Origin: Tricharina praecox
Taxonomy: Eukaryota
DNA length: 64,000 nt
Reading direction: 5' to 3'
Assembly: GCF_024521635.1 (NCBI RefSeq)
Contig: NW_026250416.1
Coordinates: 806,001 to 870,000, forward strand
Within the stretch, counting starts at the first letter, position 1. Each line of letters begins with the position of its first letter. The translations under genes and the position numbers were made by a program. The notes beneath the pieces were generated by a model, which saw only the letters and a program-made list of their open reading frames with translations, had not been told where the DNA came from and made no database searches. This document shows, piece by piece, positions 12,626 to 26,070 of the stretch.

Positions 12626-13200
12626 GTAGTATCCCCTCTGTCCTGTCCATCCTCAGAAAGCGGGCTCGATGCGACCACCTCCCTCCGGCGCTGTCAACCG
12701 TCCGTCCCGTCCGTCTTTGAGTTTGCCCGGCTCGGGACGGAATCAGTCGGGCTGAGGAGACCAAGGACTACAGTCTTCTGGGCTGGAGAAATGAAGACGG
12801 ATACCCTACAGGGCCCGGAATTGACTGGCACACTAGGACAATGCAAGCGGCGTGGCACCACACAGTGGCGCAAGTGTGGGGATATGTGGCTGTGCGGCTC
12901 CATTTCGCAGTGTCTCTCACGGTATCGAACCTTCACACCATACCTGTTCCTACTTCCATCATTGTCTATCCCCTGATTTCCATTGTTGACGATGCTGAAA
13001 AATCTGCTCAAGGCTGAAATTCTGCTGGTAGCCACCGCGCTGCAGTATTCTACATAGTCCGGTCGGGACTACCGTCCGGACCGGACGGTCTGCCAAGATC
13101 TATTCCGGTCCGGCCCTCCGGACGGACTGCCGAAAAGTAGTTCGTCCCGTCCATGGATGCCGAGGACAGGAGGGGACTACAGTCTGATGCCAAGATGTGA
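12626..13200. mobile_element. Cluster of hAT-type terminal/subterminal sequences
   Basis: CGGCGCTGTCAACCGTCCGTCCCGTCCG at 12686 resembles the MITE TIR and the reverse complement of 40578-40600. Repeated CCGTCC/GGACGG/GGACTACAGTC motifs. Two TGCCAAGAT(C/G)T(A/G) end-like motifs near 13091 and 13188. Confidence 0.55.
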
Positions 13201-13418
13201 AAATTCTTCTAGTTCCCGGCCGAAGAACCCAAGAAATGAAACTTTTTCTAGTTTCGGCGGAAGAAACCGGTGACATTGGTGACGAGCCTGGTGGGCTTCC
13301 TGAAGGCTGAGGGAGGCAGAGGTGCAGAATTAAGCTTGCGAACACGGAGCAATATGTAGCATGCGACTCACTCAAGTTATCATTGTCCAGCTAAAGTATA
13401 TGACCGTAACCACCGAAA

Positions 13419-15700
13419 TTACTCAAGATCCTCCTCGCACAAACCACAAAGCGTGTCCTCCATTACCCTATTATCCTTCCTACAGGCATCAAATAACCCA
13501 TCCGGTTTCCAACTCTTCAAACATTCCAATGCTTCCACAGCGTCGTCCCCCATCTTGCACCATCTATCACTCATGCGCAATTTTGCGGCACTGAACACAC
13601 GTTCTGTTTCCGCACTCATGGCAGGAATAGTCAAGTTGTCCATAGCCATTCTTGCCAGATCCCGCATATTGGGATCCATGGCCATGACGTTCCAATACTG
13701 TACCACATCAACTATCGGCTCCCTCCTTACAGGAGATTATTGAAAACGGCGCATCTGATCACCATGTTACTCTTCTTGGATGAGCGCGAGCCGCTTCCTT
13801 TCGCAGTAGTGGATCCGGCTGCCTGGGCGATGCACGGTTTGCGGCCCCTCCACGTTGGGCCTGTGCGCGGCAGACTATTCACGATAAGATTCTTACCAGC
13901 GGTGATTAAGAGACGCCTCTGCCGCTGCAATCCAGCCGGGCCTTGAAGCCCACTGTTGGCGGAAATATTCGAACTTCACATGGGGATGAAGTGCGACGGT
14001 AATAGCGTAGGTAGGGCAGAAGTTTGTCTTTGCGTAGTACCGAGAAGGTCACGTCAATAGTTGTACTGCCAAGTAGATGTGATCCAGGAAAGAAGAGAGA
14101 CTTACCCATCTAGAATCGCCCATCCATTATTCATCATGGTTAACAGGCGAGGATCCACTGTGAACTGAACTTTATAATGTTCAAGATGTCGAAGAAAATC
14201 ATCCATAGCCGGCAAGATATCCGCGACAAAACCATTGCAATACTTCACTTGTAGTTCCAATGTGAGCTCCTTGAACAGCTGACAATTTCTTTAATGTTAC
14301 GGCCCGGCTGTGTGGCATAGCCGCGAGGCGATCCAGAAATGATTGGAGGCTGCGCAGGGCTGCGCGGCTACAGGTTTGCCGAGGATTAGCCGAGTTTCTG
14401 TTCTTTTGTGTTGTTTTCCGCTGGTTTTCCGTCCCGTTCCTTTCCTTGATTTTCCGTTCAATTTCTTGATTTGTAATTGGGTTTCCACAAGTTTGCATTG
14501 TCTTCCTTCTCTTTCCATTGTCTTCTTTCTGGTTCTTTCCTTTGTTATGTTGATATTGGGTTTTATAATTGCGCCAGGAGGAATTGTCTCCACAAGGAGG
14601 GCTCCCCTCGCGCTTTGTCTGTTTCTTTTCTTTCTTCTTTACAGAACGTCTTGTCTATTAGCGAATATATCAACCTTGCTCCTGAGACATCTCTCTGAGT
14701 CTCGCCGTCTGCCGGGCTCTGCCATATCTCGTCTTTGTCACTTGTCGCCGCCTTGAATGCTACGTACCTTGGACGTCCCCTCGCGCCTGTCCCGTTACAT
14801 CACGTTCTATCGAACTATCTCCAACCCACGTAGCTCCTGTTACATGCTCCCGTCCTCACCCTGTGAATCTCGATTTGCCCGCATCCAGACTCCTTGCTGT
14901 CGACGTTCAACATACCGACGAACGGTTAGATTCTATAGTCGGTGATGGTGCGCCAAAGGTGGTCCGTATGGTTGACACCACTGTGGGTGCCCTTGAACCG
15001 ATGTAGAGAGAGCAGCGCCACGTGTAGTTGTCCATTACGATCCATCCAATGGGCAACAATGGCCTGGTAGGCACGCCGGTTCGGTCCACTCCACATATCA
15101 AATGAGAGGTGGATCTTGGTTCGGATGGCGCGTAGCTGCGACCTCACCTCTATCGTCATGCAGTCGTACCAGGTAAGCAAATAACGCTTCATGGCATTGC
15201 CACTCTGTGGCAGTGCGCGGTATTTGCCTAAGTAATCTGGCTGGCAGGCGGCCAGGTACGAGCAAAGAATGCAGAATGATGTATCCTCGCAGACACGGAA
15301 GCTGACATTCATGTCCACGATCGACTGTAGGTGGAGGTCTTTGAAGATGTCAATGTTGAAAATGATTCGTGGCTTCAACTGGCCAAACGCGTTCTCGATC
15401 GTCTGCTGCGTCTTGGTTCCCCCTTCGGCAACAATCTCCCCGTCTGGACCAATACGGTGCTTCGATGGCAGGTGTGCAATAGCGTTTTTTGTAGTCTTCA
15501 TCGCGAAGGTGGCAGCAGTGGATGGATTCGGGCCTGCTTGTAAACACGTCAGTCAAGGCCGGTGAGTGGTGTTAGCTTTGGAAAACCACTTACATCGCTG
15601 GCATTTCCATCGCGGAATCCCCCTCACCGTTCACTCCTTCCCATTCTCCGGCAGCCAGATATGGCTTGAGCGAACCTTTGTCTTCGCTTTGAAAAGCGCC
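13419..15700 (-). mobile_element. Degenerate hAT transposase with BED zinc finger
   Basis: BED finger HIW...RWKCQR|CPNP...AIAHLPSKH is split by an intron (GTAAGT...AGCAG, ~15593-15535). Catalytic-domain start IHLSFDMWSGPN...IVAHW. hATC dimerisation motif LARMAMDNLTIPAMSAETERVFS...ECLKSW (13419-13706). Several in-frame stops; the central part (~13950-14900) is replaced by unrelated sequence. Confidence 0.9.
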
Positions 15701-16019
15701 GGCATCGAGATCTAGTCCGCTCAGTTTGCCCTTGTAAATGTTTCCCACCTTCCCCATCCGAAACAATCATCATTTCCTTTCCTCTGCTGGAGATTCACGA
15801 GTGACTAGCTATGCCACATTTCTGAGAAAAAGCACCGCACGTGACGTCGGTAGTCGAAAATTATGATGAATGATGGCCGAGAAGCTCCACGGTGTAAATT
15901 CCAACACGAGGGCAAGTTTGATGAAATAGCCAGGGTGACAGTTCCCTATGCGAAACGAATAACGGAGGCGAAGCGACTGCGAAACTCTCAAATCCGAGTT
16001 GTTGAAGAAAGTTATTGAT

Positions 16020-17130
16020 AACGAGAACAGTCGATCCAAGTGGGTCCCCCAAGCACAGCATATCCCCATAGGTGTGAAGTGTCTCAAAATATCCGTTCCG
16101 GTCTTTGGAGTTTTGCCCACCCCATGAGCCCAAGCGTCCGTTGACGGCCGGGGATCCTGATTCCTGATTCGCAATGGAAGTTGTGCGCTTGTCCCAGCAG
16201 TTCGGATGACTTCGACAACTTCAATAAGAACTTAAGGAGCACCGAGTGTGTTGTGAAATTCTCAACGATGCGGGGCCGTGTTTGATGAGACGAGCAGAAG
16301 CTTTGAACATCGCCGGCGGGGTTTCCCGTCTTAAAAGTTCCGTTTGCGTATTTTGTCGTGCTTCTGACCTATTTGAAAAGTTAGTTTCTGTGTCCTGGTA
16401 GGCTAATTGTGCGCTGCTGACTTTAATGGTTGATTCAGTCGCCGTCGCACGAGTATTTCCCATGACTTTAGTCCGGCGAGTTTGTCGGAATAGTACTGAG
16501 ATAGAGATTCCGTTGATACTCTAAATCCATCAAGTCAGCAAAAGGTCCATCCATACCAACAGCTCCAAAGATTTCGTTTGATACCTCATGAATGCTATGG
16601 TCTGATAAGGCACTCAATCATGAAGCCATCATCTCTGTCTCAAGATATCTGTTCCATTCTTCAAATTATATCCACTTCCTGAGCCTGAGCGGTCCATTGA
16701 CGGCCGAGGATCGTGATTCGCAATTGAAGTCATTCTCCGGTCCCAGTAGTATGGATGACGTTGGTAAGTCATGAGGGCACAGTACGAGGTTCGTTCTAAA
16801 CTTCGCGACGACACGGGAAACTGTTGGAGAAGATGAGTAGAGGCTTTGAACACCGCTGGCGAGGATTTCCGAGTTCCGACATGACAATTCCGTCCGTACC
16901 ATATAGCACGTTTGCTCTGTTTGCTTTGCTATATTAGTTTTCATATTTTGGTAGATGAAGAGTGCGCCGCTCACATTGATGGTTAATCTGCTCACTGCGC
17001 CCGCCCTTACACGGGTATCTGCTATCACTTTAATTCGTAGAGTGTGTCTGAATAATTGACTGATAGAGATTCCCGTTGATAGTCTAAATGCATTTCGTCA
17101 GCAAATTCCCTCTATCATTTGCACAGCTGC
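16020..17130 (-). repeat. Diverged tandem duplication (~560-bp period) of an intron+exon module within a probable pseudogene
   Basis: ATAGAGATTCC(C)GTTGATA(C/G)TCTAAAT at ~16501 and ~17064. CC(G/A)TTGACGGCCG..GATC.TGATTC at ~16138 and ~16694. Each copy begins on the minus strand with GCTGAC...ATTTAG (branch site plus acceptor). Confidence 0.7.
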
Positions 17131-19861
17131 ACAGATCTCATTTATTACCCAACACAATGTACGGCCAGACTCCGTTCAGACCATCAATAATCCGGCCATC
17201 ATCTCCGTAGATCTAACCTAGGCATGTGAGAACGTTCCAAGAATAAGCTAGCCATTGGTTCTCATGTCGTTCTTTCGTTAATCCATGGCGTTTTCATAAC
17301 TCATATATGACTACCGTTTCTATATTGGGTGTCAGCGATTAGTCCTTGGCAACGATACTCATCACTTCTAAAGTTTCAAATTACAAGATCAGCCAGCTCC
17401 GATTCGCGGATCCGAGATGCGGCTTCCACTCATACTGCCGGCTGAAGCCTTGGTCGGACTGAGTGAAAGCAAATTGATTTCGATGTCGCCATGCTAGTAC
17501 ATGAAGGGTTCCAACGTAAAATATGTGCCAGTGGCGGTCACAGCGAGGAAAGCTCCGGTCTTCGGGGATAGCGTCGTTAGGAGAACGCCGCTGCAGAGGG
17601 CTGGTGAATGGTCGGTGCCGTGCTGCCGTGAAAACGTCCTCAGATCTTCGTGCGTAGGACGGATGATGCGTTTGTAGCGATACCGAATGAGGGATCTATA
17701 AGTCTGAGACCTGATGACGCCCGTTAGAGTATGGGTATTGTAGAATGCCATCGTGACCTCGGCAAAAAAGACCGCGGCTTAAACGGGGCACGGTTACGTA
17801 CCTGCGAATTGCTTGCAAAGGTTCCGTTCGTAAATCCTTGAAGACTTTCCTCTCCCGGAACGAGCTTGCAAGCATGATGATCAGGGTGGTGTGCTACCGG
17901 TAGTCAAACGTATTAGTCGGCACTTTCGAGTGGAACGACACGAAGCGTTTGGCGTGAGGATAGGCGCGCGGGATGCCGGATGGTTTTGGCCTATAGACTA
18001 CAGAAGATTGTTTAGCTCGGAATCGGTCGTTTCATTTGTAACCCCACATACAGTTCGTTTTACGTACCCCGGGCCCTGGGATCGTAACTGTTGAACATAA
18101 GAGATAGATAAACATAACAATAGTATTCGATAGAGCAGCAACATCGTGGGCAGCGAGCTCTCTCTATATACAAGCTTCATAGACCAGACAACCTCCCCAT
18201 CGATCCCTTCAGAAGGTTGGTCGTCCGTCCTCGAATACCACACTAGAGTACATTAGGGACATCATCATCTCCGGGCATCCCATATCCTGACAGTAACCAG
18301 CAGCAGCATCTGTTACAATCTCGGAGTTGACATTCGTAGAGCATCATGATGGTTGTGCAGATTCGGAACGAGCGGTGTCGATAGTCGAAGAGGATTTTAG
18401 ATGCGTCGTTCGTCATTCACCGGCCAGTGCCTGCAGTATGATCAGCCTTTCTCTCCACATTTGCAATACCTTCGGGAATCAGTTGAGTTACCTTCGTTCT
18501 TCGATTGTCGGGAATCAGTCGCGAGATAACGAAGAAAGAAGAGAAACAGCACTACCGCTTCTGGTCATCACGATGGTGACGAACAGCCATATGGTGAGCA
18601 TAGCAGCAATAGATGGGTGGACGTGATGGCACAGGCGGTTGTGCATACACAGACGAGTCTTTCGAGCCACATGCGATTCATTGGTGTACTGGCATGACAA
18701 AGAAGCGTTCTTGGATATCGAGCTCGAAGAATGGGTCTGCGTGCAGACATCGGTGAACGAGAGCAGCGGGGACAGTATGAATGGTTGCGGTGCAACGTAA
18801 ATGTTAGGCACACTTGCGGCGATACCCACACGGCTTCCATTCAAGGTGATGGGTGGATGCCGTCATGGGAGAATGTCGTCATGGGAGGATGCCGTCATAG
18901 GAGCCCATCCGAGTTCAAACATGCTGGCATGCGACGTGCTGTGTCTGTTCCAACAGGTTGCGTGCATAGAAAATGGTCTTCGAAGTCGGGACTGGCTGAG
19001 CTGTGCAGCGAAAGGATTGGAATGGCTGCCCTGCTCTCAAAATACAGGATAGCTGCACTGATCGATCCTCGACCGGAAGCCCGTACAAGCGAAGTCACAT
19101 GCGTCGCTTTCGGGGCCATTCGATAGAGGGCTCCTCTGATGTGTTCCACGTCGAAGAGCTCACTGATGACTATGCTATCGGGCAAAAAAAAGGAGCCCCG
19201 ATCTGACCCTCTTTAACCGATTGACACACCACTCGTCAGTTCGGGGTCGAGGAGGCAGGAAAGTGCATACTACTACAGTGAGAGCTTCGAGTCCATTTCA
19301 CCGGCAGGCTGCATGACCCCATCTGCATGCAAAGGAGGACTGTGTTCCGAAGATCCGATGCCAGTAAGTTGGCCGGTGAGTGCGTTCCTGGGAGATTGTT
19401 ATTGGATCAGCTGATCTAGAGCGGTAGGGACCGCCATATATTCTTCCTAAAATAACAGCATCAAAGATGCAGTCTGGACACCAAAACAAATTTCATGCAG
19501 TGAAACCAATCATTTGGCCGCCTGCCAAACTTGAGAATTGAAACTCGCTTCCTCCTTCCGCCTTTCCTCTCGTTTCTGACACCAGAAAACCACTCCCCTT
19601 TATCTTGTCTTCTGCACACTTCCTCTCCGTCTGGCAAACATCCTCTTTCAATCGTGCCTTTTGAAAGAATCTCCAGGTTCCTCATCCAGATCCTCCCTTA
19701 CGTGGTGCGAGAAGGTCTGCGACGGTCCACCTTTACACTTTCCTCCCGCACACCGCCTCGACACTTCTATCATCCCGCAAGCATCCCCCGTAGTTGTCCC
19801 TACAAACATCACCGCAGCCCACCCCGAAGCAGAGCTTCTGTTACGATAAGTAAAAAGCACT

Positions 19862-21852
19862 ATGCCTCCAACTGTCAAACGATGGTTCGTGAAGCAGTAT
19901 CAGCGCATGAAGCTCGATGACGCCAATGGCATCAAGCCAACGCGATTCCTCAACAAGGACACTGCTGCTACCCCCCTCGCTAAAGCGACCTTCAACGCTG
20001 TGACTTTCTCTGCGTACTGGTAACTGCGTTTCTTTGCTTGTGTACCTCTCAGGGTTATATAGTGCTGACTACTGGGGTAGGGGAATCACGGGCATCAATG
20101 CCGCTTCCTGGGCAATCGGCTCCAGTAACCTGGCGACAGGTCTTACCATCCCCGAAGTCTTCTGTGGAGTGCTCGCCGGAGCTTTCATGATAGGATTCAT
20201 CGCCTTCCTATGCGGGGAGCCCGGAGTTCGCTATGGAGTTAGCTTCCCGATGATGTCCAGAGCTGCGTTCGGCATCTATGGGAGCTATTTTGTGGTTCTC
20301 ACCAAGTTGCTCGTGAATTGTGTCCTGTATGTTCCACCGTTGATGTCGGTGGTCTCTCACTTGCTTTACACCTGCTGACTGAGTTCAGTTTTGGCATTCA
20401 GGCATTCTGGGGTGCTCAGGCTATCCGGGTGATTATCAATGCTCTGTGCCCTAGCTTTATGAAGCTGGCCGACATTGTACCACATATGTATTGCCCCCGT
20501 TACCGACAGCTCCGAGTGCTCATATATTAACGTTTGGTAGTTCTTTGATGGGGGCCGACGAATTTATCGCCCTGGTCATATATCTGATGATACTCTTTCC
20601 GCTTCTCCTTATTCCTCCTCACCGCTTGACCTCGTTTATGCGCATCGCCTTCGCCGCCGTTGTCATGTCCGTCTGTGGTATGCTCTTTTGGGCCTTGCAA
20701 CCAGCGAAGGATTACAAGAAAAAAATCCATCATGATGATAAGGTTGTGACGGATAGGTAAACCCCCCTGGGTCCACTTCCATCTCACGTACGAACCGCTA
20801 ATGGTTTAAGCAGAGACCACATTTTTGGGTTTCTGCAGTGCTTTAGTGCCGTGGGTGGATGGTGGGTGGGAAACGCTTTCCGACAATCGGACTGGACACG
20901 ATTTGCACGGTCTCGCAAAGCACCAGCGATTGCACAAATGGTTGCAGCTCCCCTTACGATTACGTTTACGGCACTGATCGGAACCTTCGTTGCGAACGAA
21001 GTTCGAGATCGATACGGTGTCCAGACATGGCAACCCACCGAAATATTGGCTCAGATGCAGTCGATGGAGTATACGGCCGGCATGCGGGTTGGGACATTCT
21101 TCGCTGGTGTCGGTTGGTTATTTTCTCAGCTATCGATCAATCTCGTCCACAACTCTGTGGCAGCCGGAATGGATCTATCGTCTATGATTCCGGAAGTGAT
21201 CAATATCCGTCGCGGGGCAGTCGTCATTGTTATTCTGGGAATCGCTACCAGCCCATGGAGATTGGTTCGCTCGCCTGCAACGTTCATCGTGGTCATGAGT
21301 GCATTCGGTACCTTTACCGCACCGCTCGCTGGTATTCTCATTGCCGACTTCTGGTGGGTGCGCAAGGCTAGTTACAATGTTGAGGAGTTGTATATGGCAA
21401 ACAGTCGTTATTGGTACTGTTACGGTTTCAACTACCGTGCCTTCATGGCTTGGTTTCTTGCCATGTGGCCGTCTATCCGTAAATACCTCCACACTTCCAT
21501 CATCATGGATGTTTGCTGATTACTTGAGCAGCTGGATTTCTCGCGCATGTGGTCGATGTCGACGATAGAGCATATGTTTGGCATTACGTTTTCCAGTTGA
21601 CATTCATCGTCGGTGCGATCCACCCCCCCCACCCCCCCCCCTTACGTCCTTTCTTGAGAATAGCAACTAAAATCAGCTTTAGGACTTACGGGTGGATTTT
21701 TCTGGTATATGATCATGTGTTTCATGTTCCCACTACGTGATCCTACAGATGGAGAAACCACCATAGCCTCGCGAGCCTCCATCGAATCGTCGAACTTCGG
21801 AGATACTTCGAGCGAGACTGAGGACTATCCGCCGACTCACAATCAGTTCTAG
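19862..21852 (+). CDS. NCS1-family nucleobase:cation symporter (Fur-type uracil/allantoin/thiamine-like permease), 7 exons
   Basis: N-term ...FLNKDT..TPLAKATFNAVTFSAYW. Family motifs GEPGVRYGVSFPMMSRAAFGIYGSYF, FGIQAFWGAQA, QSDWTRFAR, NSVAAGMDLS...INIRRGA, PW...F...MSAF..F.APLAGILIADFW, RYWY.YGFNYRA. Introns ~20020-20080, 20327-20388, 20487-20540, 20757-20813, 21479-21531 and 21612-21682, all with canonical signals. Stop TAG 21850-21852. Confidence 0.92.
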
Positions 21853-23173
21853 AACTGTTGGTCGGCGGTCACCGATATGCTTTCATTGTCACACTGAATG
21901 CCTACATTCATGTCGTCTATTGATTTTATGATGGAAAGCTACCATTATTGCTATTTTTCCTTCTCTTTCCTTTGTTGATGCATTATCGGCGGACGCTGCC
22001 GGCCTTGGTGCCAGGCTTCCTGCTCATTAACTTTATCCTTATACTGCTCTGCATGCACATTGATGTTTTTTTTCAGTGGCGTGCGCTCTCTTTCCACCGC
22101 TTGACACAAGCGTTGTTAATTTTCCTTGTGGAATATTTTTTTACTGGTATGAAGTACGGCGTAGTCGGGGCATGTGTTCCTGACTTTTCGGAAGAGACTT
22201 TATTATAGCATTAGGGATCATGAGGTATCGGGGGGTGAATTGAATGTATTCTTTCTTGTACTCTGTGTTCCTCCTTTTTTGTTTGCCCTCCAATGGGTTT
22301 TTTTGATTGACTCGATGCTCTTTTCGAAAACCAAACACATGAGGTCACTCGGTAAGGTTGAAAACACTTACTGTCACTCGGGTTTACCAAGACATGACAT
22401 TTTTGCGATGTGTGCATCCTGAGGGGGTTTGTCCTATGTGTATTGAGTGGCTCATGGCTATGCGTGACTAGGTGCTCCGGTACGATGGTGAAGGTTGAAT
22501 GTCTCCTGCTCAGGCTCATCGTCTAGATTCTGCACGCATAACCTCCAGGGGGGATGTTGATTCCGATAGCGTTACGATGCGGGATGGAGATCGTGGAATG
22601 AATCTTGATTCTATTCAATAGAGGCTGCCTCTGCAGGGGTACGGCACCGTCCATCTCTGCAGGGTCGAGGTAATGTTTGGTCATAGAAGATGCGTTTTAC
22701 ACTGTGAAGGAATGGCAATAGAGTGCAGTCTTGGATGAAGACTCGCGCAATGGAATTACCAGCGGTGATGAAACCAAAAAAAAACATCACCGCAGGATTT
22801 ATTTCGTCAACATAGTGTTCTCGTCTGCTGATTCAAACTCGTCATAATGCGATTGACGCAGTAGGCATGATTGGCAATACAGTGGCGATACTACTCGCTC
22901 CATGAGACGAGTTTTCACATTTCAGTAGCAGACTGGCAGTACCTAGCTGTCGTCGACTCCATGGGTTCACCATTCAGCATTCTATACCCCCGAAACAGTG
23001 TTTATTTCGCAGCCATGAGTTCCCCAGATCGACAGCAAATGTAGAACAAAGAACAAAGAATAAATCCAGCAATCCAGATTCCACAACAACAGCCTCAAGA
23101 GACAAGACAAGTATGTTATGTAGTATCTATCGCCATGACAACTTGCCTTCAAGGCTTCAAAGTGATTGACGAA

Positions 23174-23917
23174 TTACGACGCGTCCGAGGCGCTACGCTT
23201 TCGCTTGAGCATGCCGGTAAGCTTGGCCATGTGGTGGTTCTTGCCGGTACGCTTGGCCATGCGCTGATTCTTGTGGTGCTGCGGCTTGTCAGTCGTCGTC
23301 GCCTTCTCCATCGTCGGTGTGGGTGGGGAGTACTCACATTATCGGCAGCGTTGATGGTAGCGTTGGCGGTAGCGTTGGCGGTAGCGTCTGCCTGGGACTA
23401 TTTACAGGCGATGTCAGTGATTGCGCTCTTACTCGTGAAGCCACAATGAGGTTATACCATCTGCGCGTGGGCAACACCAGCGCTCTTAGCGGTCGGAGCG
23501 GAGTCAGCGGGGACGGCGAAGATAGCGAGCATAGCGGAGACAGCGGCGTCAAGGGAGTCAGCGGAATGGTGGGATCCCTCGAGCGGAACAAAGCTGGATC
23601 CAGCGGCGACGGCGCTAATACCAGACGAACCAGCGGCTTCGGCTGCGATGAGCGCGTGATCCATCTCCTATGGCATAGTTAGCCAAGCATGCAATCGTTT
23701 TCCGGAGCCCGGATTCGTGAACGGTGGGATCCGTCCAACGTGAAGAGTAGTGGCTTACCAAAGACGCCTTCCATGCCTCGATCTGGGCATTGAGGTGACG
23801 GTGCGTCTCGTCCAAAGATACCTGCCAATCGCGCAGCTCCGCATGGAGCTGCTCGCGGCGAGCGAGGTCCTCCGCTTCATTCGGGCCGGAGTTGTGACCT
23901 AAAACCTTAACTTTCAT
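23174..23917 (-). CDS. Four-exon orphan protein with a short coiled-coil and a basic C-terminal NLS-like tail
   Basis: MKVKVLG...WKASL|EMDHAL...AHAQM|SQADATANATANA...ADN|HHKNQRMAKRTGKNHHMAKLTGMLKRKRSASDAS*. Three introns with GT donors, CTAAC/CTGAC branch sites and AG acceptors keep the frame open. Confidence 0.7.
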
Positions 23918-24558
23918 CCTGGATTCGTGGTCTTGGATTGGACAGTTCGGTTTGTGTCTTGTATCTGTGGTGCTAAGAGGTTGCGGTGAGAGTGGAAGGG
24001 GGGGTTGGTGAGAATGAGTTCGGTGTTCGGGGGTGGAGAGAAAAGTGGGAAGGGAGGGAGTGAACGGGGAGGGTGGGAGCTAGGGTGGATGGCGTGATGT
24101 GATTACAAGAGACCGGGAGTGGTTGCCTGACATAGGAGGACGCAAGCGCTAACGATGACGCGAACAATGGCCGTTCACTCTTAAACCAGCTGCCTTTCTG
24201 TTGCGAAGTGGTCGCTTCATCCAGAAGCGACGGAAAAACAACGACTCCAACGATAAATGACGTCATACCGCACCCCTACTGCCGGAGTCTCAAATCTCGA
24301 TTGTACATTGAACTGTCACGATCTGGGTTGATAATTGCGAGACTTTTGCATCGGGACCGATCAAACCTGCTGATAAGAGATAAATACAGAGCTTCGCACG
24401 GCTGACACATGCGAGGCCATGAATGATAAGAGCGATGGTCGGAAGTGATGCACGCATCTGCCAGCTGTGTAAATAATTGATGCTCTGCAGAGACAAAACT
24501 AGCTCTCAGATCCGCACCAACTGCCACTGTTGCTCCCCGATCTCGGTGCACCCGACAA

Positions 24559-24870
24559 GACTGCGGATCGACAGGCACATCGATCGATAAGGCATGACGG
24601 CGCTGCACGTCAAAACAAACAGGTCGCGACTGTCACGGAAGACCAAGTCGTTTGCCTATGGACGAAAAATAAAATAAAATTGAGTAAAATGCAACACGCT
24701 GCGCACCATCCACGATAGGACTGCTGATCGACAGGCAGATCAACCAGTCAGGCATGACGGCGCTGGACGTCAAAGCAAACAGGTCTCGATTGTCACAGAA
24801 GTTAAAATTCGTTTGCCTATCGACGAAGCAAAAAATAGAATTGGGTGAAATGCAACACCATTCACGACCA
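24559..24870. repeat. Two-copy tandem duplication, 160-bp period
   Basis: GACTGC.GATCGACAGGCA...GGCATGACGGCGCTG.ACGTCAAA.CAAACAGGTC...TCGTTTGCCTAT.GACGAA...AAATGCAACAC starts at 24559 and again at 24719. Confidence 0.9.
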
Positions 24871-25604
24871 GCCCCCGAATACCTCGAGCTACCGGATATA
24901 CTGTACCGGGCGAGGTGAGGTCTATCCCCAGCGGGCTCCAGGAGCTTTACAATGGCTATTATGCAATTCCCAGCTGACTGACTTGAAAAAATTCGATTGA
25001 TAAACTATCACCGCTGGACTTCGTACCTTGGAACTTCTGCTGACCGAACCTTACGTAATCCGCGCCTAATGCGTTTGTGCTGTTGCGACTTGACGCGCAA
25101 CGTCCAAGCTGCAGGGAAACGAACTTCGCCAATTGAGGCACTGCGGTTATGGGTGCAGGGTAGCTTGGGCTCGTTAGAGCAGTAGCGTTCGTAAATTTTG
25201 AGATGCTTTTCGTGACTGTGGCTTCGTCTCCTCCTCCCCCCGCAAACCAAAAAAAAAAAAAAAAAGACAGAAACAAAAAACAAAAAAACATTAGTGTCAT
25301 GCTAGCGCTATTTTCAAACAATAATTAGTGCCGACAAAAACGAGGTGGCTCAGAAAATCGGGCTACATTACGTATGCGATAATCGTTCACTTCGGCGTCC
25401 TCACGGTTTGAAATGATGGCATCCCGTTAGAAATTGACGCGAAGGTTTATTAGCTGGCGACCTGAAGGATGCTGAATTGAGCTGCAAGAGATCAGAAAAT
25501 TAACAACATTTCAAACCCATCATCTCCCCTCTAGAATCCAGCCAGTCCGCCCAAACCAAACGCCCACAAGAGTGCATGCATGTAACAAACCAGCAGTCAA
25601 TCTC

Positions 25605-25980
25605 GACGAACAATGTAGAAGAACACAGAAATATCCACCGACAAGAATGCCTCAGAAACAGCTTGGTGAGTACCGACAAGCAGTGTAAGAAAAAATAAAT
25701 AGATCCACCGAAAAGACTAACAATGAACCCGATGAGTTTCCCCGAACAATGTACCAAAAAAAAACCGTGAAAAGATCCACCGAAAAGAATTCCTTTGAAC
25801 CACCCGCATGAGCATTGACAAACAATGTATCCAAAAAAGAAGTCTTGAAAGCATTGACCGAAAAGAATGCCATAGAACCAATCCGACGAGTATCCACAGA
25901 CTGTGCAGCAAAAAAAACCGTGAAAAGATCGACGGATAAAAAAAGAATAAGATACAACCCATGAGTATCCACTGAAGAAA
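25605..25980. repeat. Diverged A-rich minisatellite (~70-bp unit, about 5 copies)
   Basis: Recurrent AACAATGTA...AAAAA..GTGAAAAGATCCACCGAAAAGAAT...ATGAG blocks. Confidence 0.8.
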
Positions 25981-26070
25981 ATCGCTGAAGAGGTGCCAAC
26001 GGTGCGGTAAAGGTCGTTCGCGTTTCCCTCAGGGCGTCTCATGGTCTACTTCTTGAAAGAAGTCTTCCTT

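Noticed and set aside
25500..26042. Phe/Cys-rich minus-strand ORFs
   Set aside because: Derived from the A-rich ~70-bp minisatellite.
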